DNA of 64,000 nucleotides from Escherichia coli (GTDB lineage Bacteria; Pseudomonadota; Gammaproteobacteria; Enterobacterales; Enterobacteriaceae): NCBI RefSeq assembly GCF_030384885.1, contig NZ_CP128613.1; one strand, 5' to 3'. Shown piece by piece: positions 54,851 to 64,000 of this stretch (position 1 is its first letter; each line of letters starts with the position of its first letter). The notes under the pieces were generated by a model. It saw only the letters and a program-made list of their open reading frames with translations, ran no database searches and was not told where the DNA came from. The position numbers and the translations under genes were made by a program.

Positions 54851-56311
54851 TTACAGCGCAGCCACACACTCGCGCGCACCGCGTTCACACAGCTGCTGAT
54901 ATGCCGCCGTCACCGCGCCAACAAAGTCGGCATTCTGCGGCAGATCATCGGCAAAAATACCGCTCAGGCCCAGCAGCGCTTTCACGCGGTCTGCGCCCTG
55001 ATACTGCGCATTGATCTTCTGGAACTCCGCCAGCATCGGGTCGACCACATCAATGGCATTCCCCTGCTCATCCACCCCCTGGGTGTAACGCATCCAGCCA
55101 GCCACGCCCAGCGCCAGGTGACGCCAGCTACCGCCGTTTTGCAGGTGCAGACGCACCGGATCCAACAGGCGCTGCGGTAACTTCTGGCTTCCGTCCATCG
55201 CAATCTGCCAGGTACGGTGACGCAGAGACGGGTTGCTGAAACGCTCGATCAGCAGCGTCGCATAGGCGTTCAGGTCCGTACCTTCCGGCATCGACAGCGT
55301 TGGCGCTTGTTCCTGCATCATCAGGGCAAAGGCCGCTTTGCGATAATCCGGGTTAGTCATGGTGTCGGCAATAGTTTCATAGCCGCCGAGGTAACCGAGG
55401 TACGCCAGGAAAGAGTGGCTGCCGTTCAGCATACGCAATTTCATCATTTCGAACGGCACAACGTCTGCAACGAACTGTGCACCCACTTTATCCCAGTCCG
55501 GGCGCCCATTAACAAAGTTATCTTCAATGACCCACTGACGGAACGGTTCGCAGGCAATGGCGCACGGGTCGTAAACGCCCAGCTGGTCAGCAATTTCCTG
55601 CAACGTTTCTGGGGTAGCGGCAGGAACGATACGGTCAACCATGGTGCACGGGAAGGTGACGTTCTCTTCAATCCATGCCGCCAGCTGCGGATCGCGCGCC
55701 TGAGCCAGCCCCAGAACAGCAACTTTTGCCACGTGACCGTTTTCACGCACGTTGTCGCAGGACATGACAGTAAACGCTTTCAGCCCTTTTTCACGACGCA
55801 GACGCAACGCTTCTACGATGTAACCAATCGCCGACTTCGGCGCAGTCGGGTTTTCCAGATCGTGCTTAATCAGCGGATTATTGAGATCCAGCTGACCGCT
55901 TGCCGCATCGGCGCAATAACCTTTCTCTGTGACCGTCAGGGAGACAATCGCCGTCTGCGGACGCGCCATCGCGATGAGAATACCTTCACAACCGTCGATT
56001 TCCGGGTGCAGCGCTTCTTTCATCGAGCCAATAATTTTCAGCTCGGTGCTTTCTGCGCCTTTTTCCGCCACGGTGTACAGCAGTTGCTGTTTTTTCAGGT
56101 TTTCGATCAGCACGCGGTCGTTACCTGGCATCAGGTTAACTTCGCAGATCCCCCAGTCGCTATCCGTGCTTTCCAGCAGGTGATGGGTGTACAGCGCCTG
56201 GTGCGCGCGGTGAAACGCCCCGCAACCGAGATGCACAATGCGTGATTCCAGACGAGAATGATCCCATGACGGGCGGGCAACCGGCAGATTGCTGTCAACA
56301 ATAGTAGTCAT
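54851..56311 (-). CDS. uxuB: D-mannonate oxidoreductase (fructuronate reductase) UxuB
   Basis: 486-aa ORF; N-terminal Rossmann motif (HLGCGAFHRAHQ); recognised as UxuB. Confidence 0.93.
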   Translation of the reverse strand: MTTIVDSNLPVARPSWDHSRLESRIVHLGCGAFHRAHQALYTHHLLESTDSDWGICEVNLMPGNDRVLIENLKKQQLLYTVAEKGAESTELKIIGSMKEALHPEIDGCEGILIAMARPQTAIVSLTVTEKGYCADAASGQLDLNNPLIKHDLENPTAPKSAIGYIVEALRLRREKGLKAFTVMSCDNVRENGHVAKVAVLGLAQARDPQLAAWIEENVTFPCTMVDRIVPAATPETLQEIADQLGVYDPCAIACEPFRQWVIEDNFVNGRPDWDKVGAQFVADVVPFEMMKLRMLNGSHSFLAYLGYLGGYETIADTMTNPDYRKAAFALMMQEQAPTLSMPEGTDLNAYATLLIERFSNPSLRHRTWQIAMDGSQKLPQRLLDPVRLHLQNGGSWRHLALGVAGWMRYTQGVDEQGNAIDVVDPMLAEFQKINAQYQGADRVKALLGLSGIFADDLPQNADFVGAVTAAYQQLCERGARECVAAL

Positions 56312-56391
56312 CGTAAACTCCAGAATCCGTCTTCAGAGAGTGACGGCAAGGAAGAAGGAACCGGCACGGCGCGCAGCCATGCCGTTGGATA

Positions 56392-57576
56392 TTAACGGCT
56401 AAAGAAAGCGCGCTGGATCGCCATTTCGACGCCGCGAACTTCAGCCAGACCTTTCAGACGACCAATTGCGGAGTAACCTGGGTTGGTTTTCTTCTTCAGG
56501 TCGTCCAGCATCTGATGACCGTGGTCCGGACGCATCGGGATCAGGTCTTCTTTGCCTTCCGCTTTACGACGGTGTTCTTCTTCAACAATCGCTTTCACCA
56601 CTTCGTACATATCAACGTCACCGTTCAGGTGCGCCGCTTCGTGGAAGGTTTTCGGGTTATCTTCACGCATGGTGGAGCGCAGATGGGTGAAGTAAATACG
56701 CGGACCGAACTGCTTGATCATATCAACCAGATCGTTGTCAGCACGCACGCCGTAGGAACCGGTGCACATGGTGAAACCGTTCGCCATGCTGTTTACGGTA
56801 TCAACCATCCACTGCATATCTTCAATGGTGGAAACGATACGCGGCAGGCCGAGGATTGGGCGCGGCGGATCGTCCGGGTGAACAGCCATACGCACGCCAA
56901 CTTCTTCCGCAACTGGAATGATCGCCTTCAGGAAGACCGCAAAGTTTTCGCGCAGTTTGGCTTTGTCGATATCTTTGTACAGCTCCAGGTGCTTACGGAA
57001 CTGGTCAAGGGTGTAGCCTTCTTCCGCGCCCGGCAGACCGGCAATGATGTTACGGGTCAGACGCGCTTTGTCTTCGTCGCTCATAGTGGCGAAGCGTTCA
57101 GCGGCCTGAGCAATTTCTTCTTCGGTGTAATCCGCTTCCGCGCCTGGACGCTTCAGGATATGCATTTCGAATGCAGCAAATTCGATCTGGTCGAAGCGCA
57201 GAGCTTTGGAGCCGTCTGGCAGCACGTATTCGAGGTCAGTACGGGTCCAGTCGAGCACCGGCATGAAGTTGTAGCACACGGTGCGAATGCCGCACTGCGC
57301 CAGGTTGCGCAGGGTCTGCTGATAGTTAGCGATCCACTGCTCGTAGTTGCCAGTGTGGGTTTTGATATCTTCGTGAATTGGCACGCTTTCTACGACAGAC
57401 CACACCAGGCCTGCGTCTTCAACGATCGCCTTGCGTTTGAGGATCTCTTCTACGGACCATACTTCGCCGTTCGGGATATGGTGCAGCGCGGTAACCACGC
57501 CAGTTGCGCCCGCCTGACGGACATCAGCTAAAGAAACCGGATCGTTTGGGCCGTACCAGCGCCAGGTCTGTTCCAT
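56392..57576 (-). CDS. uxuA: D-mannonate dehydratase UxuA
   Basis: 394 aa from ATG with GAGGAAAA upstream ([16 protein letters not shown]...); the track ORF extends 12 codons further. Confidence 0.93.
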   Translation of the reverse strand: MEQTWRWYGPNDPVSLADVRQAGATGVVTALHHIPNGEVWSVEEILKRKAIVEDAGLVWSVVESVPIHEDIKTHTGNYEQWIANYQQTLRNLAQCGIRTVCYNFMPVLDWTRTDLEYVLPDGSKALRFDQIEFAAFEMHILKRPGAEADYTEEEIAQAAERFATMSDEDKARLTRNIIAGLPGAEEGYTLDQFRKHLELYKDIDKAKLRENFAVFLKAIIPVAEEVGVRMAVHPDDPPRPILGLPRIVSTIEDMQWMVDTVNSMANGFTMCTGSYGVRADNDLVDMIKQFGPRIYFTHLRSTMREDNPKTFHEAAHLNGDVDMYEVVKAIVEEEHRRKAEGKEDLIPMRPDHGHQMLDDLKKKTNPGYSAIGRLKGLAEVRGVEMAIQRAFFSR

Positions 57577-57738
57577 GATTTTTCCTCTTTCACATAGTGG
57601 GTTCCACAGCAAAGAGACGCGGAACCCTGGAGTTGTTTAGGTATCCGGATGAACAACCAGACCGCAGCCGTGGCGTTGCATCGGATGAGATGGCGTATAA
57701 GTTCTACCTTTTGGTAAGACATGTCAACCCGAAATCTG

Positions 57739-57752
57739 AAATTGGTTAACCA
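57739..57752. promoter_or_regulatory. Candidate UxuR/ExuR operator (AAATTGGTTAACCA) upstream of uxuA
   Basis: Palindrome matching the AAATTGGTATACCAATTT-type hexuronate repressor site as I recall it. Confidence 0.55.
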
Positions 57753-57847
57753 CATCACAAGAATTTCACTCTCACAGTTGTTGCTGCAAATTGCAGCAAA
57801 GGGTAATTGATAGTTATTAATCAGAGGGTGTGACATTCATCGCAACA

Positions 57848-57862
57848 ATGGTTGACCAATTT
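57848..57862. promoter_or_regulatory. Candidate UxuR/ExuR operator (ATGGTTGACCAATTT) upstream of gntP
   Basis: Second hexuronate-repressor-type palindrome, about 55 bp upstream of the gntP start. Confidence 0.55.
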
Positions 57863-57915
57863 ACATAACATGTCGCCCAAAATAACAACGGTTCAACCAG
57901 GTAAGGTAAAACGTT

Positions 57916-59259
57916 ATGCATGTGCTTAACATTCTTTGGGTAGTATTCGGTATCGGCCTGATGCTGGTACTGAATTTGAAGTTCAAAATCAATTCAATGG
58001 TGGCTTTGCTAGTGGCGGCGCTGTCCGTCGGGATGTTGGCGGGCATGGATTTGATGTCGCTGCTGCACACCATGAAAGCGGGCTTCGGCAACACGCTGGG
58101 GGAACTGGCTATCATAGTGGTGTTCGGTGCGGTCATTGGTAAATTGATGGTCGACTCCGGCGCGGCCCATCAGATAGCGCATACGCTGCTGGCGCGTCTC
58201 GGCCTGCGCTATGTCCAGATATCGGTGATTATCATCGGCCTGATTTTTGGTCTGGCGATGTTCTATGAAGTGGCCTTTATCATGTTAGCGCCGCTGGTTA
58301 TCGTGATTGCCGCCGAAGCTAAAATCCCGTTCCTGAAACTGGCGATCCCGGCAGTAGCAGCTGCCACTACCGCACATTCACTGTTCCCACCGCAGCCGGG
58401 TCCAGTGGCGCTGGTGAATGCTTATGGTGCAGATATGGGGATGGTTTATATCTATGGTGTACTGGTGACGATCCCAAGTGTCATCTGCGCAGGTCTGATC
58501 CTGCCGAAGTTCCTCGGCAATCTTGAGCGCCCAACGCCATCATTCCTCAAAGCGGATCAACCGGTGGATATGAATAATCTCCCCTCTTTCGGCGTTTCGA
58601 TTCTGGTACCGCTGATCCCGGCGATCATTATGATCTCTACCACTATCGCCAATATCTGGCTGGTCAAAGACACCCCTGCGTGGGAAGTCGTTAACTTTAT
58701 CGGTTCATCGCCGATTGCAATGTTTATTGCGATGGTGGTTGCATTCATACTCTTTGGCACCGCGCGTGGTCATGACATGCAGTGGGTGATGAACGCCTTT
58801 GAAAGCGCGGTAAAAAGCATTGCGATGGTGATTCTGATCATCGGTGCGGGTGGCGTGCTGAAGCAGACCATCATCGATACCGGCATTGGTGACACCATTG
58901 GCATGTTGATGTCACACGGCAATATCTCGCCGTACATCATGGCGTGGCTGATCACTGTGCTAATTCGTCTGGCGACGGGTCAAGGTGTGGTTTCGGCGAT
59001 GACTGCCGCCGGGATTATCAGTGCTGCAATCCTTGATCCAGCAACCGGTCAACTGGTTGGCGTGAATCCGGCGCTGCTGGTGCTGGCGACAGCTGCAGGT
59101 TCCAACACCCTCACCCACATTAATGATGCCTCATTCTGGCTGTTCAAAGGTTACTTTGACCTGTCAGTAAAAGACACGTTGAAAACATGGGGTCTGCTGG
59201 AGCTGGTCAACTCCGTGGTTGGGCTGATTATTGTGTTGATTATCAGCATGGTAGCGTAA
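57916..59259 (+). CDS. gntP: Gluconate/fructuronate transporter GntP
   Basis: 447-aa ORF, GntP-family permease; divergent from uxuA. Confidence 0.92.
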   Translation: MHVLNILWVVFGIGLMLVLNLKFKINSMVALLVAALSVGMLAGMDLMSLLHTMKAGFGNTLGELAIIVVFGAVIGKLMVDSGAAHQIAHTLLARLGLRYVQISVIIIGLIFGLAMFYEVAFIMLAPLVIVIAAEAKIPFLKLAIPAVAAATTAHSLFPPQPGPVALVNAYGADMGMVYIYGVLVTIPSVICAGLILPKFLGNLERPTPSFLKADQPVDMNNLPSFGVSILVPLIPAIIMISTTIANIWLVKDTPAWEVVNFIGSSPIAMFIAMVVAFILFGTARGHDMQWVMNAFESAVKSIAMVILIIGAGGVLKQTIIDTGIGDTIGMLMSHGNISPYIMAWLITVLIRLATGQGVVSAMTAAGIISAAILDPATGQLVGVNPALLVLATAAGSNTLTHINDASFWLFKGYFDLSVKDTLKTWGLLELVNSVVGLIIVLIISMVA

Positions 59260-59270
59260 AATAGCACCTG

Positions 59271-59289
59271 AGCCTGCCATTGGCAGGCT
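59271..59289 (+). terminator. Hairpin after gntP (AGCCTGCCA-T-TGGCAGGCT)
   Basis: 9-bp stem immediately after the gntP stop. Confidence 0.5.
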
Positions 59290-59319
59290 CTGTTCGGATT
59301 GTCGGCAAAGTGCGCTTTG

Positions 59320-59405
59320 TTTATGCCAGATGCGACGCTGGCGCGTCTTATCTGGCCTACAAAGGGCTAACGTGCGGGTTTGTAGGTAGCGTAGCGCATC
59401 AGGCA
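59320..59405. repeat. Two REP elements between gntP and fimH
   Basis: GCCAGATGCGACGCTGGCGCGTCTTATCTGGCCTAC and GTAGGTAGCGTAGCGCATCAGGC. Confidence 0.6.
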
Positions 59406-59443
59406 ATATTGCGTACCAGCATTAGCAATGTCCTGTGATTTCT

Positions 59444-60346
59444 TTATTGATAAACAAAAGTCACGCCAATAATCGATTGCACATTCCCTGCAGTCACCTG
59501 CCCTCCGGTACGTGCGTAATTTGCCGTTAATCCCAGACTTACCGCCGAAGTCCCTACTGCTCCTAACGATACCGTGTTATTCGCTGGAATAATCGTACCG
59601 TTGCGCGTTAACTGTACGCCGACGCCCTGCGCTGGTGAAAACGACGCGGTATTGGTGAAAATCGAGTTGCCCGCATCTGCGGTTGTGCCGGAGAGGTAAT
59701 ACCCCAGGTTTTGGCTTTTCGCACAATAAACGGTAAGAGGAATCGGCACTGAACCAGGGTAGTCTGGCAGAGTCACGGTGACATCACGAGCAGAAACATC
59801 GCAGCCGCCAGTAGGCACCACCACATCATTATTGGCGTAAATATTCCACACAAACTGGAAATCATCGCTGTTATAGTTGTTGGTCTGTCGCAAAATAAGC
59901 ACGGCAATTAATGAGCCAGCTTTAATCGCCACCCCGCCCGCACTGCTCACAGGCGTCAAATAAAGCGCCACCGGCCACGGCTTATCCGTTCTCGAATTAT
60001 AAACAACGCGCGGCGTTTCGCTGGTGGTAGGAAATGGATAGCTACTGCCACTATATTTTACGGTCCCGGAAAAATTAGATAACACGCCGCCATAAGCCGA
60101 ACCTCGTTGCAGTGTGACATAGTCTGTAATGGTTTCCGGGTAATCGTTATGGCAAAAGATTTGCGTCGAAAGATCTACGACCAGGTTTTGCCCCACATTC
60201 ACGGCGGGCGCAAGGTTTACATAAACATTGGCGCTGCCACCGCCAATAGGGATAGCGGTGCCATTGGCGGTTTTACAGGCGAATGACCAGGCATTTACCG
60301 ACCAGCCCATCAGCAGTACAGCAAACAGGGTAATAACTCGTTTCAT
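59444..60346 (-). CDS. fimH: Type 1 fimbrial tip adhesin FimH (mannose-specific)
   Basis: 300-aa precursor from MKRVITLFAVLLMGWSVNAWS...; the track ORF is 3 codons longer; mature residue 27 is Ala. Confidence 0.95.
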   Translation of the reverse strand: MKRVITLFAVLLMGWSVNAWSFACKTANGTAIPIGGGSANVYVNLAPAVNVGQNLVVDLSTQIFCHNDYPETITDYVTLQRGSAYGGVLSNFSGTVKYSGSSYPFPTTSETPRVVYNSRTDKPWPVALYLTPVSSAGGVAIKAGSLIAVLILRQTNNYNSDDFQFVWNIYANNDVVVPTGGCDVSARDVTVTLPDYPGSVPIPLTVYCAKSQNLGYYLSGTTADAGNSIFTNTASFSPAQGVGVQLTRNGTIIPANNTVSLGAVGTSAVSLGLTANYARTGGQVTAGNVQSIIGVTFVYQ

Positions 60347-60365
60347 TACAATCATCTCTTCGGCT

Positions 60366-60869
60366 TCAGCTGTAGGTATAGGTGATGCTAATCACTGCCT
60401 GAATGGTTCCCTGAGTGGCTCCGCCATTTACCGTCAATGCTCTGACCTGTAACGGGAAGTGCGCTGATTGTGAGGAATCATCCACTTGAACTGTTTTGGT
60501 TGCGCCAGTATTCAATGTGTTGCCACTGTCATCTTGCAGCTCTAACTGGATGTTTTGCGCGGTCCCCTGGTTTTTATAATATCCCGTACTATCGGCTGCC
60601 CCGCTGAAGCTGGCGGTGACCCTCGATGTTCCCACCGGACAATGAGTCAACTCAAGCGCAACATCATGCCAGGCCGATGCCGCCCCGGCAGACACGAGAC
60701 TGAAAGAATAAAGATCGCCGAGATCAACCGTGGCATTAGTGGTGGAAACCGTGCACGGTTTGGCGACGACCTTACCGTTCACCGTGATGGTGACATCGGC
60801 TGCCCGTATCGTCGCACTTGCGAGCGCCAACATTGCCGCCAATAAATACCCACGTTTGCGCCATTTCAT
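60366..60869 (-). CDS. fimG: Type 1 fimbrial minor subunit FimG
   Basis: 167 aa from MKWRKRGYLLAAMLALASA...; recognised as FimG. Confidence 0.93.
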   Translation of the reverse strand: MKWRKRGYLLAAMLALASATIRAADVTITVNGKVVAKPCTVSTTNATVDLGDLYSFSLVSAGAASAWHDVALELTHCPVGTSRVTASFSGAADSTGYYKNQGTAQNIQLELQDDSGNTLNTGATKTVQVDDSSQSAHFPLQVRALTVNGGATQGTIQAVISITYTYS

Positions 60870-60881
60870 GAGCATCTCCAG

Positions 60882-61412
60882 TTACTGATATTCAAGAGTG
60901 AAGGTAGCCGTGGCATTGATATGCCCCGCAGTGACAGGCACCTGTGTCGCCATTAGCCGGGCGTAAAAATTCAGCGTATTTGGTTTACCCGGCGTCAGGG
61001 TCGTCCACGAAATCGCGGAGGATGGCGCATTAAGGGGGATCTGATTTTGTTGCTCATTCAGAAGCTGTATTCCCAGCCCCGCAGCCGCTGACACCGTATT
61101 TTCAAGTGCAAGCAGGTTGGCATTGTGACTATCTGCAACGCCGGTAAACCCAACCTTTACGGCAGAAACGGCATTACCACAGGGTGACAGCAAAATACGA
61201 AATGGAACGACAGGAGTCGTCGCGCCAATGTTGTTAAATTGCTTCGCCGCGTTTTCCATCAGATCAACAGTAAAATTGGTTGATTCAGCGGCCACACTAC
61301 AGCCGTTATCTCTGACATAGCCGCGGATAGTAATCGTGCTATCCGCAGCCAAAGCGTGACTTACCGCCAGCCACAAAAAAGCGCACAGAAGATAAAAAGG
61401 TTTGCTTTTCAT
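60882..61412 (-). CDS. fimF: Type 1 fimbrial minor subunit FimF
   Basis: 176 aa from [22 protein letters not shown]...; recognised as FimF. Confidence 0.93.
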   Translation of the reverse strand: MKSKPFYLLCAFLWLAVSHALAADSTITIRGYVRDNGCSVAAESTNFTVDLMENAAKQFNNIGATTPVVPFRILLSPCGNAVSAVKVGFTGVADSHNANLLALENTVSAAAGLGIQLLNEQQNQIPLNAPSSAISWTTLTPGKPNTLNFYARLMATQVPVTAGHINATATFTLEYQ

Positions 61413-61421
61413 CACGCCCCC

Positions 61422-64000
61422 TTAACGACATTCAGCTGATAGCTGGGTTAATAACTGCTGCTGACTCTCTGGTGGCAGTTGATAATTGGCGACACAGTGA
61501 GCATTTTCCTCTTCTCCCCATTTCACCTGAACTTTTCCCGCTAAAGGCATCCCGCTGAGATAAACCTGACCATTATCCGCAACAATGCCGCTACTCTGGC
61601 TACTCTCTGATGTGACCATCGCCCCAAACGGCAGCGGCTTATTATTATGGGTTAGCGTCATGAGCAGTTTTATCCCAACACGCGCTTTAAACTCTGCTCG
61701 CACAATTGCCCCACGGGTGGGAACAACGTTAGCGACCGCGTTATCTAAATCGACGTTATCAGCCAGGGTATTGGTATCCAGCGCCACTCTATTTTCCCGA
61801 TATTCTGTGGCATAAGGCAGCACGGCATAGCCGCGCCAGTCGGTACGCACCCCCGTCTGGTTTTCAACTTTTGCATCTTTTGCGCCAGGCGCTTTAACAA
61901 GCACCACCGTATCGTTTAACGGCTGCCCCAGCGTTACGCCATTGGCATGAGCCAATACCCCACCGCTGATTCCGTAATAGAGCTGCTTAATATCATCGCT
62001 ATGGCTGTAACCAATGTTGGCATTGCCGTAGCCACCGCGATAATTCAGCGCGGCGTAGCCTGTACTTCCGCTATTACCATCGCCTCCCCCGGCATAGCCG
62101 GTTTGCACGCTATAGCTGAGGTTATTGTCTTCCAGCAACGTACCGTATACGCCCGCAAGGTTGGTCATCCGACCGTTGAGATCGTGTGACATGCTGTAGC
62201 TGGCACTGGCATGTCGCCACTGAGATTTACTGTCAGAACGCAGCCAGTGGCTGAAAGGAATATTGACGTTAAGAGCCAACATCTGATCCCGTCCTTTTTG
62301 CCACGCGTTTTTCGTCAGGCTATAGCTGAGCGTCCAGTTGATATCTTCGAAAGCAGTATTTAATCCAGCCTGGAATTGCTCATCGACATTACTCGTTCCC
62401 CAATAAGTTTGATGGCTACCACTCAAATACAGTGTTGATGTGCGTCCGAGTTGCTGAGTAACAGTGAGCTGTAATTTCCCGCGTTTGTTATAAGCGAGAT
62501 TGTAATAGTCGGTAAATTTCGGCTTAACCTGAATAACACCATCCTGTGTTTCGATGTTGTAGCCACTCATTCGGCTGTATGTTGTATCAGCGAAATTAAA
62601 ATACCCGCTGGTCGAGTAACGGTAACCCACTAACTGAATATTCGTGCCTGACTCATTGAGCGATTTGTTATAGAGAAAACGCACCGATTGCCCGTCATGC
62701 TGACTGTCATCAGGAAGTGTGGAACTAGCCTGCGTCATATCCACTGACAGAGCGCCCAGTGCCCCCATGTTTTTCCCGATACCGAAATTAAAAGCGCGAT
62801 AACGATCCGCCAGTTGCGTTCCACCATATATTGTCCAGCCAGCCGGAAGGCCGTGGAGTAATGTACTCTGGAAAAAACGGGGTTTATCCTGTTGCGCATT
62901 TCCACTACGGTATTCTCCTGCCGTAATGGAATAACGAGTATGCCCTTCACGTTGCAAAAGCGGGACTGACGAATAGGGTACGGTAAAGATCTGCGTGCTA
63001 CCGTCAGCCTCTTTAATCGTTACCTGCAAGTCACCACTATTACCTGCGGCATAGATATCGTTGATGGTAAAAGGCCCCGGTGGCACCGTACTATTATAAA
63101 TGTCATACCCATTTTGTTTAATAGTGACCTGTGCAGTACCACGCGCAATACCGTGGATCACCGGGGCAAATCCTCTTTGGCTATCGGGTAACATATTGTC
63201 ATCTGAGGCCAATTGTGCGCCGCGAAAGTTAATACCATCGAAAATATCGCCCTGAGTATAACCATCACCCAGCGTCAGCCGGGAACGTAACGGAATTATG
63301 TCTCGCTCAAGCCAGGTATTGATATGCTGCCATTTATTTTTGCTACCTGATGAACTGTCGCTACTGTTATAACTCCAGGTGGTATTGTCGCGTAAACGCC
63401 ACGCACCAATATTTAACCCACTCTGTAGGTTTAAATATGCATAATGACTGTTACCACCAATCCGATTCTGTACACTATTTCCGCTGAAATTATAATTGAG
63501 CAATCCGGCATTAATACCGGGATCCCATAACTCAGGAGGAATATAACCACGCGCGCGATTACTCATAAATGCCTGAGGGATCGTCAGGTTGAGTCGCTGC
63601 TGACCAACATCCAGATGCGCAGTAGCGTCATGGATCATTGAGGTTAATGGCACGCAGGCATCATCCGCCAGCAGATTCATACCGGAGACAGAAGCCGTAT
63701 TCAGCCCCATACTGGCAAGTTGCGCGCGTGTCAGGCAGGGAACAATCCCTTGTTCACTGTCGCCCGTATTAAATGTGACATCACGCGTTGCCATATAACC
63801 ATTATTCAAATAGATATCGACGTGATACGTCCCTGGCGGTAATTCTTGACCATCCTCAAAACGCGATAAATCAGCCACAGCCTGGGGATCATCCGCTAAA
63901 AAACGCGGGTTAAAATAGAGTTCGGCAGATGACAAAGGTGCCTGTGTGGCAAAAACACAGGCGACAAAGAGCCGAACAAAAAAACCAGCCAGACGAGGCT
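61422..64000 (-). CDS. fimD: Type 1 fimbrial outer-membrane usher FimD; 5-prime end beyond the window
   Basis: Frame is open to the window edge; translation (...LAGFFVRLFVACVFATQAPLSSAELYFNPRFLADDPQAVADLSRFE...) recognised as FimD; about 20 N-terminal codons missing. Confidence 0.93.
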   Translation of the reverse strand, partial: PRLAGFFVRLFVACVFATQAPLSSAELYFNPRFLADDPQAVADLSRFEDGQELPPGTYHVDIYLNNGYMATRDVTFNTGDSEQGIVPCLTRAQLASMGLNTASVSGMNLLADDACVPLTSMIHDATAHLDVGQQRLNLTIPQAFMSNRARGYIPPELWDPGINAGLLNYNFSGNSVQNRIGGNSHYAYLNLQSGLNIGAWRLRDNTTWSYNSSDSSSGSKNKWQHINTWLERDIIPLRSRLTLGDGYTQGDIFDGINFRGAQLASDDNMLPDSQRGFAPVIHGIARGTAQVTIKQNGYDIYNSTVPPGPFTINDIYAAGNSGDLQVTIKEADGSTQIFTVPYSSVPLLQREGHTRYSITAGEYRSGNAQQDKPRFFQSTLLHGLPAGWTIYGGTQLADRYRAFNFGIGKNMGALGALSVDMTQASSTLPDDSQHDGQSVRFLYNKSLNESGTNIQLVGYRYSTSGYFNFADTTYSRMSGYNIETQDGVIQVKPKFTDYYNLAYNKRGKLQLTVTQQLGRTSTLYLSGSHQTYWGTSNVDEQFQAGLNTAFEDINWTLSYSLTKNAWQKGRDQMLALNVNIPFSHWLRSDSKSQWRHASASYSMSHDLNGRMTNLAGVYGTLLEDNNLSYSVQTGYAGGGDGNSGSTGYAALNYRGGYGNANIGYSHSDDIKQLYYGISGGVLAHANGVTLGQPLNDTVVLVKAPGAKDAKVENQTGVRTDWRGYAVLPYATEYRENRVALDTNTLADNVDLDNAVANVVPTRGAIVRAEFKARVGIKLLMTLTHNNKPLPFGAMVTSESSQSSGIVADNGQVYLSGMPLAGKVQVKWGEEENAHCVANYQLPPESQQQLLTQLSAECR

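Noticed and set aside
55217-57531. Two long plus-strand ORFs (342 and 338 aa) antisense to uxuB and uxuA
   Set aside because: Antisense to recognised conserved enzyme genes; no start context; biased composition characteristic of shadow ORFs

Overview
This window is the Escherichia coli 'immigration control region' and its flanks, in reverse orientation to the K-12 reference map. Recognised order: yjjA (partial) - opgB - lgoD/lgoR/lgoT - tsr - [five-gene insertion] - btsT - yjiX - yjiA - mrr - hsdR/hsdM/hsdS - symE - mcrB/mcrC - [two short hypothetical ORFs] - yjiS - yjiR - rpnD - mdtM - yjiN - yjiM - yjiL - [small DUF3343-like ORF] - [AT-rich pentapeptide-repeat protein] - yjiK - yjiJ - [inverse-autotransporter remnant] - kptA - yjiH - yjiG - iadA - hypT - iraD - yjiC - uxuR/uxuB/uxuA - gntP - fimH/fimG/fimF/fimD (partial). 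The strain is not K-12: hsdS carries different target-recognition domains, rpnD is one intact frame, and several gene blocks sit at junctions that I recall as adjacent in K-12. I found no rRNA, tRNA, CRISPR array, transposase or integrase. I do not see a clearly novel, self-contained system. The best candidates for uncharacterised biology are the translationally coupled AT-rich ORF pair beside mcrC (29018-30183), the five-gene putative D-amino-acid catabolic island between tsr and btsT, the hsdS allele of unknown specificity, and two horizontally acquired virulence-type genes (an EspX-like pentapeptide-repeat protein and an invasin-like remnant). Gene calls rest on the supplied ORF track plus recognition of the translated proteins from memory; no database search was run. 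Starts were moved in-frame where the known protein begins downstream of the longest ORF. Motif-level coordinates were counted by eye and may be off by 1-2 bp; at one place (about 52200) my reading of the sequence text disagreed with the ORF track by one base, so I kept the track coordinates.
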